Assembly: GCA_963801355.1 (NCBI GenBank)
Contig: CAWDEM010000004.1
Span: 1,216,001-1,280,000 of the forward strand
Reading direction: 5' to 3'
DNA: 64,000 bases
From: Ignavibacteriota bacterium
GTDB lineage: Bacteria; Bacteroidota; Ignavibacteria; UBA10030; UBA6906
Shown here: in pieces, positions 27,765 to 37,579 of the stretch
Layout: each line of letters opens with the position of its first letter
How positions within the stretch are numbered: position 1 is the stretch's first letter
Notes under the pieces: generated by a model
The model's input: only the letters and a program-made list of their open reading frames with translations
Told to the model about the DNA's origin: nothing
The model's database searches: none
Position numbers and translations under genes: made by a program

Positions 27765-30484
27765 CACCGACATATCATATCGTCGCACACACTCACTGGG
27801 ATCGTGAGTGGTACAAATCCTTCGAGCAGTTCCGGTCAATGCTCGTGCACATGGTCGACGACCTCCTGGAGATCTGTGCGAGCGATCCCGTCTTCACCTG
27901 TTTCACGCTTGACGGCCAGGCCATCGTGCTGGAGGACTATCTGGTGGTCAAACCGGAACGCGAACAGGCCCTGCGCGCACTCGTACAGTCCGGACGCCTG
28001 GTGATCGGCCCCTGGTACGTGCTGCCCGACGAATTTCTCGTCAGTGGCGAATCGACCGTGAGAAACCTGCTCTACGGCATCAAGGCATGCCGGCGTTTCG
28101 GTACGCCCATGCAGGTTGGCTACATCCCCGACTCGTTCGGCCACATCGCCATGATGCCGGCGATCCTCCGCGGATTCGGCATGGAATCGGTGCTCGTGTA
28201 CCGTGGATTCGGCGGTGAACCGGGACAGACTTCTTCGGAGTACTGGTGGCACGCCCCGGATGGCACCCGCTGCATGATGATCCACCTCTTCCGGCACGGC
28301 TACAGCACTGCGTATTTCCACCAGGACAAGGACGAAGAGATTGTTGCCCGCTTCAGAGCCATGAAAGAAGAACTGGATGCGCGTGCGACAACCTCGCACC
28401 GACTGGTGATGAGCGGAGGAGACCACCACTGGCCGGATCCCCGTTTGCCGCGCTCGATTGATCTGCTGCGGCGTTCATTTCCCGGTACGTTCATCCAGAG
28501 TACTGTACAGGCGTATGCCGATGCTGTGGCCGGGGAGGCGGGCACATTGCCGGATGTCGAAGGCGAATTGCTGTTCGGGTACCGCTATGCTTTTGCCGTC
28601 ACGGGAGGCGTCTACTCCAGCAGGATGTATATCAAGCAGGCGAATTGGCGTGCCCAACTCTTACTGGAACGCTATGCCGAACCGCTGAATGCCATTGCCG
28701 TCGCCACCGGCGCACGCTCCCAACATCCGCTCGTACTGCATGCATGGAAGACTCTTCTCCAGAATCATCCACACGACAGCATTTGCGGCTGCAGCATCGA
28801 TCCGGTGCACCGGGAAATGATGACCCGGTTCGCGGCGGTGCAGGATGTCGGAAGGATGGTCGCGGAGCAGTCGCTCGAGCATCTTCTCCCCGTGGATGAC
28901 CTCGCGGCCGGTGACGATCGCTCCGTGTTCCTGTTCAATCCCTCGCCCGTGCCGCGGTCGGAGGTCGCCGCGGCGGAAGTCAACTTCCATCTGCAGGATG
29001 TCGTGGTCGGCTTGAACCCCGATGTCAAGGTTGCTCCGAAATTACCCCCCGTGCGTGGATTTGCCTTGTTTGACGAAGAGGGGCAGGAAGTGCCGATCCA
29101 GCGCCTCCGCCGCACCGAGGGGTACGACATTACGTATTCGAACTATAACTATCCGAAGCAGACATACACCCAACGGTTTTCGATTCTGGTGGATGCCCGA
29201 AGAATTCCACCCCTCGGGTTCAAGGGGTGGCGCGTGCAGAAACGGTCGCGTTTTGCGACGTACGAGAGCAGGGTAAAAGCCGGACGTGCCTGGATCGAAA
29301 ATGCCATGCTCCGTGTGGATGTCCACCCGCGCGGAGAAATTACCCTGAAAGACAAGACCACCGGGAGCGTGATGCGGGGTCTGCACGTCTTTGAGGATGG
29401 CGGCGACGTGGGTGATGAGTATAACTATTCGTATCCCGCCCGGGACCGTTGCATACTGTCCAACCGCTCCCGCGCAAAGATATCAGTAGTAGAGCGCGGT
29501 CCGCTTCGTGCGACGCTGCGCATCGCTCTCGTCATGACGGTACCCGCCTCGGCTGCAAAAGGCCGTAAGTCGCGGAGCGCACGCACTGTGCGTCTCCCGG
29601 TCGTGACCACCGTGTCGCTCTCCGCTTCCGGGCGCGAAGTGCTGTTCGAGACAACGGTCGACAACCGGGCGCGTGATCACCGGTTTCGCGTCCTGTTCCC
29701 ATCCGGTATCCGAACCAGTTCCGTGGATGCCGACGGCCAGTTTACGGTTCTCCATCGCGTCCGGAAGCAGTACGATCTCCGGCGTTTCAGCATTGAACAC
29801 CCGGCAAGGGTCGCGCCCATGCAGCGGTTTGTGGCCGTGCGGGATAAACGGCGTGCGTTCGTGGTAATGACAGACGGCCTGCCGGAGTACGAATTGCTCC
29901 CGGGCCCCCATGGCACACTTGCCGTGACGCTGCTGCGGTGTGTCGGACTGCTGGCCGCAGAGGACCTGATTACACGCCCCGGCGGAAAGGCAGGGTGGCA
30001 CAACGAGACACCGGATGCGCAGTGTCCCGGACAACGCACATTCCGTTACGCCGTGCTGCCACTGAGTGCGGCGGAATATGCGGACGGCCGGTCCCTTCAA
30101 CAGGAATGCGAGCGGTTCAATCTGCCGCTGATGCCCCTGCGCCGGAAGAACACGACACCCCTCCCGGCGGAAGGATCCTTCGCCGCGCTGGGTTCGTCGC
30201 GACTGGTGATGAGCGCGCTGAAGGAGGCGGAAGAAGGCGGGGGAATTGTCATGAGGTTCTGGAACCCTTCGCACGCGACGGTGGAGGACCTCCTCCGCTT
30301 TGCGGCGTCTCCATCACGGGTTGTGGCCTCGCGGCTCGATGAGACGGTCGGTGAGCCGCTTCCGGTTCTTGAGGGGCACGACGTGCGCCTGCGGGTCGGG
30401 TCTTCAGAAATCATCACACTCCGCATCTGGTTTACAGACGCATCCGATCCGGGGCGCTCCGCTTCGGGAAAGGGAATGGCATGA
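27761..30484 (+). CDS. GH38 alpha-mannosidase (MngB-like architecture)
   Basis: HTHWDREWY, FTLDGQ, GPWYVLPDEFLVSGES, YIPDSFGH, NHPHDSICGCSID. Confidence 0.93.
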   Translation: MTPTYHIVAHTHWDREWYKSFEQFRSMLVHMVDDLLEICASDPVFTCFTLDGQAIVLEDYLVVKPEREQALRALVQSGRLVIGPWYVLPDEFLVSGESTVRNLLYGIKACRRFGTPMQVGYIPDSFGHIAMMPAILRGFGMESVLVYRGFGGEPGQTSSEYWWHAPDGTRCMMIHLFRHGYSTAYFHQDKDEEIVARFRAMKEELDARATTSHRLVMSGGDHHWPDPRLPRSIDLLRRSFPGTFIQSTVQAYADAVAGEAGTLPDVEGELLFGYRYAFAVTGGVYSSRMYIKQANWRAQLLLERYAEPLNAIAVATGARSQHPLVLHAWKTLLQNHPHDSICGCSIDPVHREMMTRFAAVQDVGRMVAEQSLEHLLPVDDLAAGDDRSVFLFNPSPVPRSEVAAAEVNFHLQDVVVGLNPDVKVAPKLPPVRGFALFDEEGQEVPIQRLRRTEGYDITYSNYNYPKQTYTQRFSILVDARRIPPLGFKGWRVQKRSRFATYESRVKAGRAWIENAMLRVDVHPRGEITLKDKTTGSVMRGLHVFEDGGDVGDEYNYSYPARDRCILSNRSRAKISVVERGPLRATLRIALVMTVPASAAKGRKSRSARTVRLPVVTTVSLSASGREVLFETTVDNRARDHRFRVLFPSGIRTSSVDADGQFTVLHRVRKQYDLRRFSIEHPARVAPMQRFVAVRDKRRAFVVMTDGLPEYELLPGPHGTLAVTLLRCVGLLAAEDLITRPGGKAGWHNETPDAQCPGQRTFRYAVLPLSAAEYADGRSLQQECERFNLPLMPLRRKNTTPLPAEGSFAALGSSRLVMSALKEAEEGGGIVMRFWNPSHATVEDLLRFAASPSRVVASRLDETVGEPLPVLEGHDVRLRVGSSEIITLRIWFTDASDPGRSASGKGMA

Positions 30485-31377
30485 AGATCGCACAGTATGA
30501 ACATGCTCAGGGTCTCGCCGTCGGTCTGGAGCTGGATGGCCGCTGGTTGGACTATACCAGGGCCCATGCCGCGTATATGTTGCTGGCCCAGAGCGTTGCC
30601 GTCTTTCCCCGCACGACCATCGACCAGCTCCTGGAGCGCGGGGAATTCAGCGAAAAACAATTCCGGGCCGTAGCAGCATTCGTGCGGAAGAACTCACTGC
30701 AGCGTGTCCTGCGCCTTCCCTCTGATGCACGCCTTCGGGCGCCGCTGTTCCGGCCGGGGAAAATTGTCGCTCTCGGACTGAATTATGTCCTCCATGCAAA
30801 AGAAGGAAGCTTCGCGGTGCCCGTGGAGCCCATCATATTTCTGAAGGCAGGCTCATCGGTGATCGGACCGGGCGAAACGGTGCGCATCCCGCGCGGGATC
30901 GGCCGCATGGATCATGAGGTGGAACTCGCCGTCATCATCGGCAGGAGGGCCACGGAAGTCAAGAAACGCAACGCGTGGAATGTCATCGCAGGATACACGA
31001 TCTGCAACGACGTGACCGCGCGCAGTCTTCAAACGCATGATATCCGCAACCGCCATCCGTGGTTCAGGTCCAAGAGCTTCGATACGTTCTCTCCGATTGG
31101 TCCCTGGATCGTGACAAAAGACGAGATCCGCCCGCCGGTGCACCTCAGCGTCGAATGCCGGGTGAACGGCAGGGTCAGGCAGAAAGCGAACACGCGCGCG
31201 CTGATCTTTGACATCCCCACGGTTATCGAATTCATCACCAGATACATCACTCTTGAACCGGGAGACATCGTTTCCACGGGCACCCCTGCAGGGATCGGGC
31301 CCATCCGCCATGGCGACACGGTGGTCTGCCGCATCCAGAAAATCGGTGAGCTGAGCAATCCGGTGCGCTACCGATGA
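30481..31377 (+). CDS. Fumarylacetoacetate hydrolase family protein
   Basis: GLNYVLHA, DHEVELAVIIG, CNDVTAR, KSFDTF, GDIVSTGTPAG. Confidence 0.93.
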   Translation: MKIAQYEHAQGLAVGLELDGRWLDYTRAHAAYMLLAQSVAVFPRTTIDQLLERGEFSEKQFRAVAAFVRKNSLQRVLRLPSDARLRAPLFRPGKIVALGLNYVLHAKEGSFAVPVEPIIFLKAGSSVIGPGETVRIPRGIGRMDHEVELAVIIGRRATEVKKRNAWNVIAGYTICNDVTARSLQTHDIRNRHPWFRSKSFDTFSPIGPWIVTKDEIRPPVHLSVECRVNGRVRQKANTRALIFDIPTVIEFITRYITLEPGDIVSTGTPAGIGPIRHGDTVVCRIQKIGELSNPVRYR

Positions 31378-32477
31378 AAATTGACAGGATAACACTGACC
31401 CATATCCGCATCCCCCTGGTGGAGATATTCCGCATCAGCAACGGCGTTGTGGCGGAGAAAGACGGCATTCTCGTTTCCGTGGACGCGGATGGCATGACGG
31501 GTGTTGGCGAGGCATCGCCGATGCCGGGGACGTTCTACTCTCCCGAGACCCCGGAGGGGACATGGGATGATCTGAAGCAGCGGATCATCCCGGCAGTCGT
31601 TTCCATGCGGCCGAAGACTCTCGATGATGTGTGCGGCGTGCTGGAAGCGATCGGCGGTAATCCCTTTGCGCGGGCAGGCGTGGAGACCGCGTTCTGGGAT
31701 CTGGAGGCGCAGCGGCAGGGGGTCCCTCTGGCCAGACTGCTTGGCGGCAGCCGCACAAGGATTGATGCCGGTCTCGCCGTGGGCATCGCGCCGACGATTC
31801 CAGAATTGCTCGCAATGATAGAACCCCGTCTCGCCGACGGATACAAGCGGCTGAAGATCAAGGTGCAGCCCGGATGGGATATTGAGCCCTTGCGTGAGAT
31901 CCGCCGCCAATTTGGTGCATTGCCCCTCATGGTCGATGCGAATTGCGCGTATTCGCGCGGACATTTCGACCACCTGCGCCGCTTCGACGAGTTCGACATG
32001 ATCATGATCGAACAGCCGCTGGCGAGAGAAGATCTCGAAGGGCACGCACGACTGCAAAGCCTGCTCGCGACGCCCGTCTGCCTCGACGAAAGCGCGGAAG
32101 ATCCCGCAGCCGTCCAGCATGCCATCGAGATCGGTGCCTGCCGCATCATCAACATTAAGATCCAGCGCGTGGGCGGGCTGAGAAATGCCATCCGCATTCA
32201 TGATATGTGCGCGGCTGCGGGGATTCCGGTCTGGGGCGGCACGATGCCCGAACTGGGCATCGGCGGAGCGCAGACCGTGCATCTGGCGACACTGCCCAAC
32301 TTCCGCTTTCCCACCGACGTTCAGGCCTCAAGCCGCTGGTTCGTGGAAGATTGCATTTCGCCGCTGCTGGAAGTCCATGACGGCCAGATCCAAATTCCCC
32401 GGGGAACCGGCAACGCCTATCAACTGGTGCCCGGCGTCGTAGAAAAATACCTGGTACGCAAGGAGGTGCTGGTCTGA
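31374..32477 (+). CDS. menC: o-succinylbenzoate synthase / N-acylamino acid racemase subfamily (enolase superfamily)
   Basis: KIK, VDAN, IEQP, LDES, NIKIQRVGG, E.GIG; no other men genes nearby, so a racemase role is likelier. Confidence 0.8.
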   Translation: MKIDRITLTHIRIPLVEIFRISNGVVAEKDGILVSVDADGMTGVGEASPMPGTFYSPETPEGTWDDLKQRIIPAVVSMRPKTLDDVCGVLEAIGGNPFARAGVETAFWDLEAQRQGVPLARLLGGSRTRIDAGLAVGIAPTIPELLAMIEPRLADGYKRLKIKVQPGWDIEPLREIRRQFGALPLMVDANCAYSRGHFDHLRRFDEFDMIMIEQPLAREDLEGHARLQSLLATPVCLDESAEDPAAVQHAIEIGACRIINIKIQRVGGLRNAIRIHDMCAAAGIPVWGGTMPELGIGGAQTVHLATLPNFRFPTDVQASSRWFVEDCISPLLEVHDGQIQIPRGTGNAYQLVPGVVEKYLVRKEVLV

Positions 32478-33494
32478 TGTTGACCACCTCCTTTCTGGGA
32501 ATGCAGCTCCGGAGTCCAGTGATCGTCGGATCGGGTCCCGCAAGCCACGACGTCAATCAGATCGGTCTGGCGGAGCGGCACGGCGCCGGTGCAGTCGTGC
32601 TGAAAACCGCATGCTCCGACAAATTCGAGTACATGCGTTTCTGGCCCCGGCCGCGGTACAAATTGCTGGATTGGGACAAGCAGATTGCCGGCAGGTCAAA
32701 ACAGTTTTCGCTGTATTCGTACGAGCAGGCGATACAGCGGTTCGCTTGAGGACTACTGGGAGTTTATCCGCACCTGCAAACGGAACGCCGGGATTCCCAT
32801 TATCGGCAGCATCTTCGCCGACGATGCGGCCGATTGGGCTGCCATGGCAGCGGAGGTCGAGCGGGCGGGAGCCGATGCTCTGGAGCTGGATTTCTCGTCT
32901 CCCCACCGCCCGGGCACGCTGCAATTTGACACGACGTTCGTCGGGGCAATGCGGGCTGTGCTGGATCGGGTGAAGATTCCCGTTCTCGCCAAACTCTCGC
33001 CGGGGTCGCTGACCGAGGCACAGGCCGAAGCGGCTGAACAGCTCGGCGTGCACGGCGTCACGCTCTGCAACCGGCTTCAAGGCATTGATGTGGATGTTGA
33101 AAGCCAGCAGCCGATCCTCCATGGATACTATGCCGGCGTCGGAGGGCCCTGGGCCAAGTACTACACGATGCGGCATGTGGCCGAAGCCTACCTGAAGCTG
33201 CACATTCCCGTCAGCGGGACCGGGGGGGTGATCAACGGAGAGGATGTGCTGAAGTACATACTGGTCGGTGCATCAACGGTGCAAATCCTCTCGGCCATCA
33301 TGATCAATGGGTGGGAGACAATTTCACGGATCAACGCGGAAGTCACTGCATATCTGCAGCGCAAGGGGATTGAACGCCTCGACGCGATCCGGGGGCGGGC
33401 GGTGGCATCCATGACTTCACCGGAGTCCATCGTGCGATGGTCGGGTGAACCGCTTGAGGGTGCACGAAACGTATGGAAAGAGACAGAGTCTTGA
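32477..33494 (+). CDS. Dihydroorotate/dihydropyrimidine dehydrogenase (PreA-like) FMN enzyme; +1 frameshift at ~32730
   Basis: GAGAVVLKT, IPIIGSI, ELDFSSPH, IPVLAKLSP, GTGGV, GASTVQI; removing C32730 gives YEQGYSGSLEDY. Confidence 0.8.
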
Positions 33495-33793
33495 GCGGTG
33501 CGCAAAAATATCCCGGCTTGCCGCCTCTGCCTCCTCCCTTTGCGGCCCAGCACCCTCCCGTGGCAAGGGTCCTGGAAGAAACGTGCATAGCCTGTGACCG
33601 GTGTCCTCCTGTCTGCTTCTTTGATGCACTCCACATGGAAGAACGCACAGGCCACCCCCATGGCCGCACGGCGGTTGTTGTTGTGGAACACTGTACCGGC
33701 TGCGGACTCTGCTTCGAATCCTGTCCGGTTGATGCATTCGTGTGGGTCCCCGATATGTCACCGCATCCATCACGACCGGGGCATCGTTCATGA
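33491..33793 (+). CDS. 2x[4Fe-4S] ferredoxin
   Basis: CIACDRCPPVC and CTGCGLCFESCP; TTGA overlap with upstream stop. Confidence 0.85.
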   Translation: MSGAQKYPGLPPLPPPFAAQHPPVARVLEETCIACDRCPPVCFFDALHMEERTGHPHGRTAVVVVEHCTGCGLCFESCPVDAFVWVPDMSPHPSRPGHRS

Positions 33794-34410
33794 AGGTCAT
33801 TGATCTCACGCATCCTATCAGTGCAGACATCCCCGTCTACTTTCCCTGGCATCCGCCGACATCGCTGGAGCAGACGGCGAATTACGCCACGCACCGGTGC
33901 GTTGTCCACAAGCTCAGCATCGGCACGCATACGGCCACGCACATCGACGCGCCGGGCCATATCTTCGAAGGCATGGGTACGATTGACCAGTATGATCCGG
34001 GGCTCTGGGTGCAGGACGCGCGTGTGGTCGACCTGACCCCGCGACACGCCCGCCAGGAAATCACCGCGGAAGAGCTCCGGGCACGTTCCCTGAAGCCGGG
34101 GATGGCTGTCGTGCTGAAAACCGGATGGGACGCGCGGTTCGGCGATGCTGACTACTACACAACCTATCCGCCGCTTTCCCCGGCCGGCGCGGAATACCTG
34201 GCTGCACTCCCTATCCCGTTGCTCGCCGCGGATACTCCTTTCACCATGGATGTGCACCGAACTATGCTCCGTCTCGGGATTCCCCTGGTGACCAATATCA
34301 ACAACACCGCACGGTTAAACGACGGTGTGGTGCGTCTGATTGCCGCGCCGTTGCTGATCGCGCACGGTGACGGGGCACCGGCGCGTGTGTTCGCCGTCGT
34401 AGAGGATTGA
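33790..34410 (+). CDS. Cyclase family (kynurenine formamidase-like) metallohydrolase
   Basis: IDLTHPI, HTATHIDAP.H, LKTGW, GDGAPARV. Confidence 0.9.
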   Translation: MKVIDLTHPISADIPVYFPWHPPTSLEQTANYATHRCVVHKLSIGTHTATHIDAPGHIFEGMGTIDQYDPGLWVQDARVVDLTPRHARQEITAEELRARSLKPGMAVVLKTGWDARFGDADYYTTYPPLSPAGAEYLAALPIPLLAADTPFTMDVHRTMLRLGIPLVTNINNTARLNDGVVRLIAAPLLIAHGDGAPARVFAVVED

Positions 34411-34413
34411 ACT

Positions 34414-35538
34414 ATGCAACCCGTAGTTCAGCTTCTTGCCGATCTCGTGCGCATCCCCAGCATGAATCCCATGGGGCGCACCTGCACGGGCAGGGAATAC
34501 ACCGAAGAACCGATTGCTCACTTTGTGGCCGGGTACCTGCGTAACCGGGGGATTGCTGCAGAGCTCCAGGACGTAGGACCCCACCGGTTGAATGTCCTGG
34601 CGCATATTGATGCAGGCGCGGAGCGCACCCTTCTTCTGGAAGCCCATCTGGACACCGTTCAAGCGGACGCAATGTCGGTGCCTCCCTTTGATGCACGGGT
34701 TGTGGGTGGGCGGATGCAGGGACGGGGAGCATGTGACACCAAGGGATCTCTCGCTGCCTTTATGGACGCCGTCTGCTCACTGGTCGCGGAACATAAGACG
34801 CTCCGGTACAACGTTGTTCTTGCAGCTGTGGCTGATGAGGAGTATCAGTTTACCGGTGCCCGGCTGGCGGTCGCCGCCGGGATGCGGGCGGATTTCGGCA
34901 TTTGCGGCGAGCCGACACGCCTGCATATCATCACGGCCCACAAAGGTGTCACCCGATGGAGGATCCACACGTCCGGGCGAGCCGCGCATTCCGCCTATCC
35001 CGACCGCGGGAAGAATGCCATCTATGCCATGGGGCGCGTGCTCGCGGCAGTGGAACAGCACGCGGGCGAACTCACCCGGCGCGTGCCCCATCCATCGCTC
35101 GGTACGCCCACGATGAGCGTCGGGGTCATCGAAGGCGGGACAGCTGTCAATATTGTGCCCGACCGCTGCTCGATCGAAATTGACCGGCGGACACTCCCGG
35201 GTGAAGGAAGGGAAGCCATCATTGGTGACCTGGAGCGTGCTCTCAGCGGGATCGACGGCTGGTCCATGGATGCCCCGCACCTTGAGGCGGCCGGCATGGA
35301 AGTGCCCGGGGGCTGCCCGGAGGTTGATCTCCTCCGGAGGGAAATTGAAGCGGTGGTGGGATCGGCGGTTGTCGGGAGTGCCCACTATGCGACCGACGCG
35401 GGTATCTACTTCGCCGCGGGCATACCCTGCATCGTCTTCGGCCCCGGCGACATTGCCGATGCGCATACTGCCACAGAATCCCTTGACATCGACGAGCTCC
35501 TGCTGGCGCGGGAAATCGTCCGGAGGTTTCTGATATGA
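34414..35538 (+). CDS. M20 family metallopeptidase (ArgE/DapE-like deacylase)
   Basis: AHLDTV, GRGACDTKG, ADEE, GEPT, GRAAHSA, AHT.TE. Confidence 0.92.
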   Translation: MQPVVQLLADLVRIPSMNPMGRTCTGREYTEEPIAHFVAGYLRNRGIAAELQDVGPHRLNVLAHIDAGAERTLLLEAHLDTVQADAMSVPPFDARVVGGRMQGRGACDTKGSLAAFMDAVCSLVAEHKTLRYNVVLAAVADEEYQFTGARLAVAAGMRADFGICGEPTRLHIITAHKGVTRWRIHTSGRAAHSAYPDRGKNAIYAMGRVLAAVEQHAGELTRRVPHPSLGTPTMSVGVIEGGTAVNIVPDRCSIEIDRRTLPGEGREAIIGDLERALSGIDGWSMDAPHLEAAGMEVPGGCPEVDLLRREIEAVVGSAVVGSAHYATDAGIYFAAGIPCIVFGPGDIADAHTATESLDIDELLLAREIVRRFLI

Positions 35539-36473
35539 AGTACCGGTGCATCATCGGCCTGGATATCGGCGGGACCAAGACGGCGGTCGTCGAAGGAAGC
35601 GACGAGGGCCGGATACTCCGGCGGCTCCAGTTCGCGACGGCGCCGCAACGGGGTTTTGATGCAGTCTTCAACGACATTGTCAATGGCGTCGAGACGATTC
35701 AGAAATCGGCGGCAAACACACCGGCCGCCATCAGCGTTGCGATTGGTGGTCCACTGGATGTTCTTCAGGGAGTGGTGCACTCGCCCCCGAATCTGCCGGG
35801 GTGGGATGCCATTCCCCTGAAGAAGCTCCTGGCAGACCGTTTTGCACTCCCGGTGTATGTCGAGCACGACGGTAATGCGGGGGCGCTGGCCGAATGGTAT
35901 TTCGGCGCAGGGAAGGGTGCACGCAGCCTCGTATTCCTGACCATGGGAACCGGTTTCGGGGCGGGTTTGATACTTGACGGCCGGCTGTACCGGGGCGCGT
36001 CGGATGTGGCGGGGGAGGTCGGGCACGTGCGCATAGCCGAGGATGGACCTGACTGCTATGGCAAAGCCGGGTCACTTGAGGGATATGCAAGCGGGACCGG
36101 CATCACACGGCTGGCACACTCACAGTTCCCGCGCCGGTGGCCGCTGCCTCCCGATATGATTCAACTGGCCGTTGCGGCACGATCCGGTGATCCTGATGCG
36201 CTGCATGTCTTTGCGACTGCCTCCCGGTATTTCGGACGTGGACTTGCGATGATTGCCGACACGTTGAATCCGGAACGCATCGTACTGGGTGGCCTCGGTA
36301 TGCGGTTGATGGACATTCTGGTGGAGCCTGCGCTCCGCATCTATAAAGAGGAAGTCCTGCCGCAGGCCGCCTCCGTGTGCAGCATCGTGCCGGCCGCTCT
36401 GGGTGAATCCATCGGCGATATCGCCTGTCTGTGCGCAGCATTTGATCAAGGACAACTCCTGCGTGAATCATGA
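35535..36473 (+). CDS. ROK family sugar kinase
   Basis: GLDIGGTK, HDGNAGALAE, GTGFGAG, GEVGH, SLEGYASG; no HTH. Confidence 0.92.
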   Translation: MKYRCIIGLDIGGTKTAVVEGSDEGRILRRLQFATAPQRGFDAVFNDIVNGVETIQKSAANTPAAISVAIGGPLDVLQGVVHSPPNLPGWDAIPLKKLLADRFALPVYVEHDGNAGALAEWYFGAGKGARSLVFLTMGTGFGAGLILDGRLYRGASDVAGEVGHVRIAEDGPDCYGKAGSLEGYASGTGITRLAHSQFPRRWPLPPDMIQLAVAARSGDPDALHVFATASRYFGRGLAMIADTLNPERIVLGGLGMRLMDILVEPALRIYKEEVLPQAASVCSIVPAALGESIGDIACLCAAFDQGQLLRES

Positions 36474-37579
36474 TATCAGAATCCTACAGCCACATACCGC
36501 TCAAGCGTGCTGCGCCCGATGGCGGAGAGTTCATTCGACTCCTCATGCACGGACACCCGGGGCACCGCGTTCCGCTCGTCGAGTACATCGTGGATGACGT
36601 GGTGATGCAACCCGTTATCGAACAATTGTTGCAGCGGCCCTGGGTTCCGCCGGGACCGGGCGGGGCCCCATGCAAGGGGTACCTTGACAATATGATTGCG
36701 TTCTGGTCGGGAATGGGTTATGATTTCGTCCGGTTCGAGCTTTCGCTCCCGTTTCCCGAACGGAAAACCCTCATTCCCGATGCGGCACCGGGAAGCATGA
36801 AAGACCGCGCATGGCAGGATGAACATCAAGGAATGATCACCACCTGGGAACAATTTGAGCGCTATCCCTGGCCGAAGGTCGAGGAGTTTGATTTCTCGCC
36901 CTTCGAATATCTGAACTCTCACCTGCCGGATGGCATGGGCCTGATCAGCAGCCATGGCGGCGGCGTTTTTGAACATCTCTCCTGGATTATGTCGTTCGAG
37001 GGGTTGTGTGCGGCCCTGTACGAAGACCCATCGCTCGTCCGTGCCGTGGCGGACAGATTGGGCGAATTGATGCTGGGATTCCATCGGCACCTGGTTGATC
37101 TGGACAGGCTTATTGCGCTCTTCCCGGGCGATGATATGGGGTACCGTACGGCCACGATGATCGCCCCCCGCGACCTGCACGCGTACGCCCTCCCCTGGCA
37201 CAAACGTTTTGCCGCCATTGCGCATGATCACGGCATACCGTACTTTCTGCATTCCTGCGGCAACCTCTCAGCCATCATGGATGATCTGATCACGGTGGTC
37301 GGTATCGACGGAAAGCACTCCTATGAAGATGCCATCGTACCCGTCGAGGATTTCCAGCGGATGTACGGCGGCCGGATTGCCGTGCTCGGGGGAATTGATA
37401 TTAATATCCTCTCCGGAGGGACTCCATTACAGGTGCGGCAGCGTGTACAACAGCTCGTGCAGCAGTGCGGGCAGGTCGGCCGGTATGCCATCGGCTCCGG
37501 AAATTCCGTTCCCAGTTATGTCCCCGTAGACAACTACATTGCCATGATTGATGAGGCACATGTCACACATGACCATTGA
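36470..37579 (+). CDS. Uroporphyrinogen decarboxylase (URO-D)/MtaA-like superfamily protein
   Basis: YPWP, GDDMG, LHSCGN, LGGID, GSGNSVP.YVP.DNY. Confidence 0.85.
   Translation: MISESYSHIPLKRAAPDGGEFIRLLMHGHPGHRVPLVEYIVDDVVMQPVIEQLLQRPWVPPGPGGAPCKGYLDNMIAFWSGMGYDFVRFELSLPFPERKTLIPDAAPGSMKDRAWQDEHQGMITTWEQFERYPWPKVEEFDFSPFEYLNSHLPDGMGLISSHGGGVFEHLSWIMSFEGLCAALYEDPSLVRAVADRLGELMLGFHRHLVDLDRLIALFPGDDMGYRTATMIAPRDLHAYALPWHKRFAAIAHDHGIPYFLHSCGNLSAIMDDLITVVGIDGKHSYEDAIVPVEDFQRMYGGRIAVLGGIDINILSGGTPLQVRQRVQQLVQQCGQVGRYAIGSGNSVPSYVPVDNYIAMIDEAHVTHDH

Noticed and set aside
32720-32750. Programmed ribosomal frameshifting at the split genes
   Set aside because: No slippery heptamer or stimulatory structure, and the affected genes are unrelated; error is simpler
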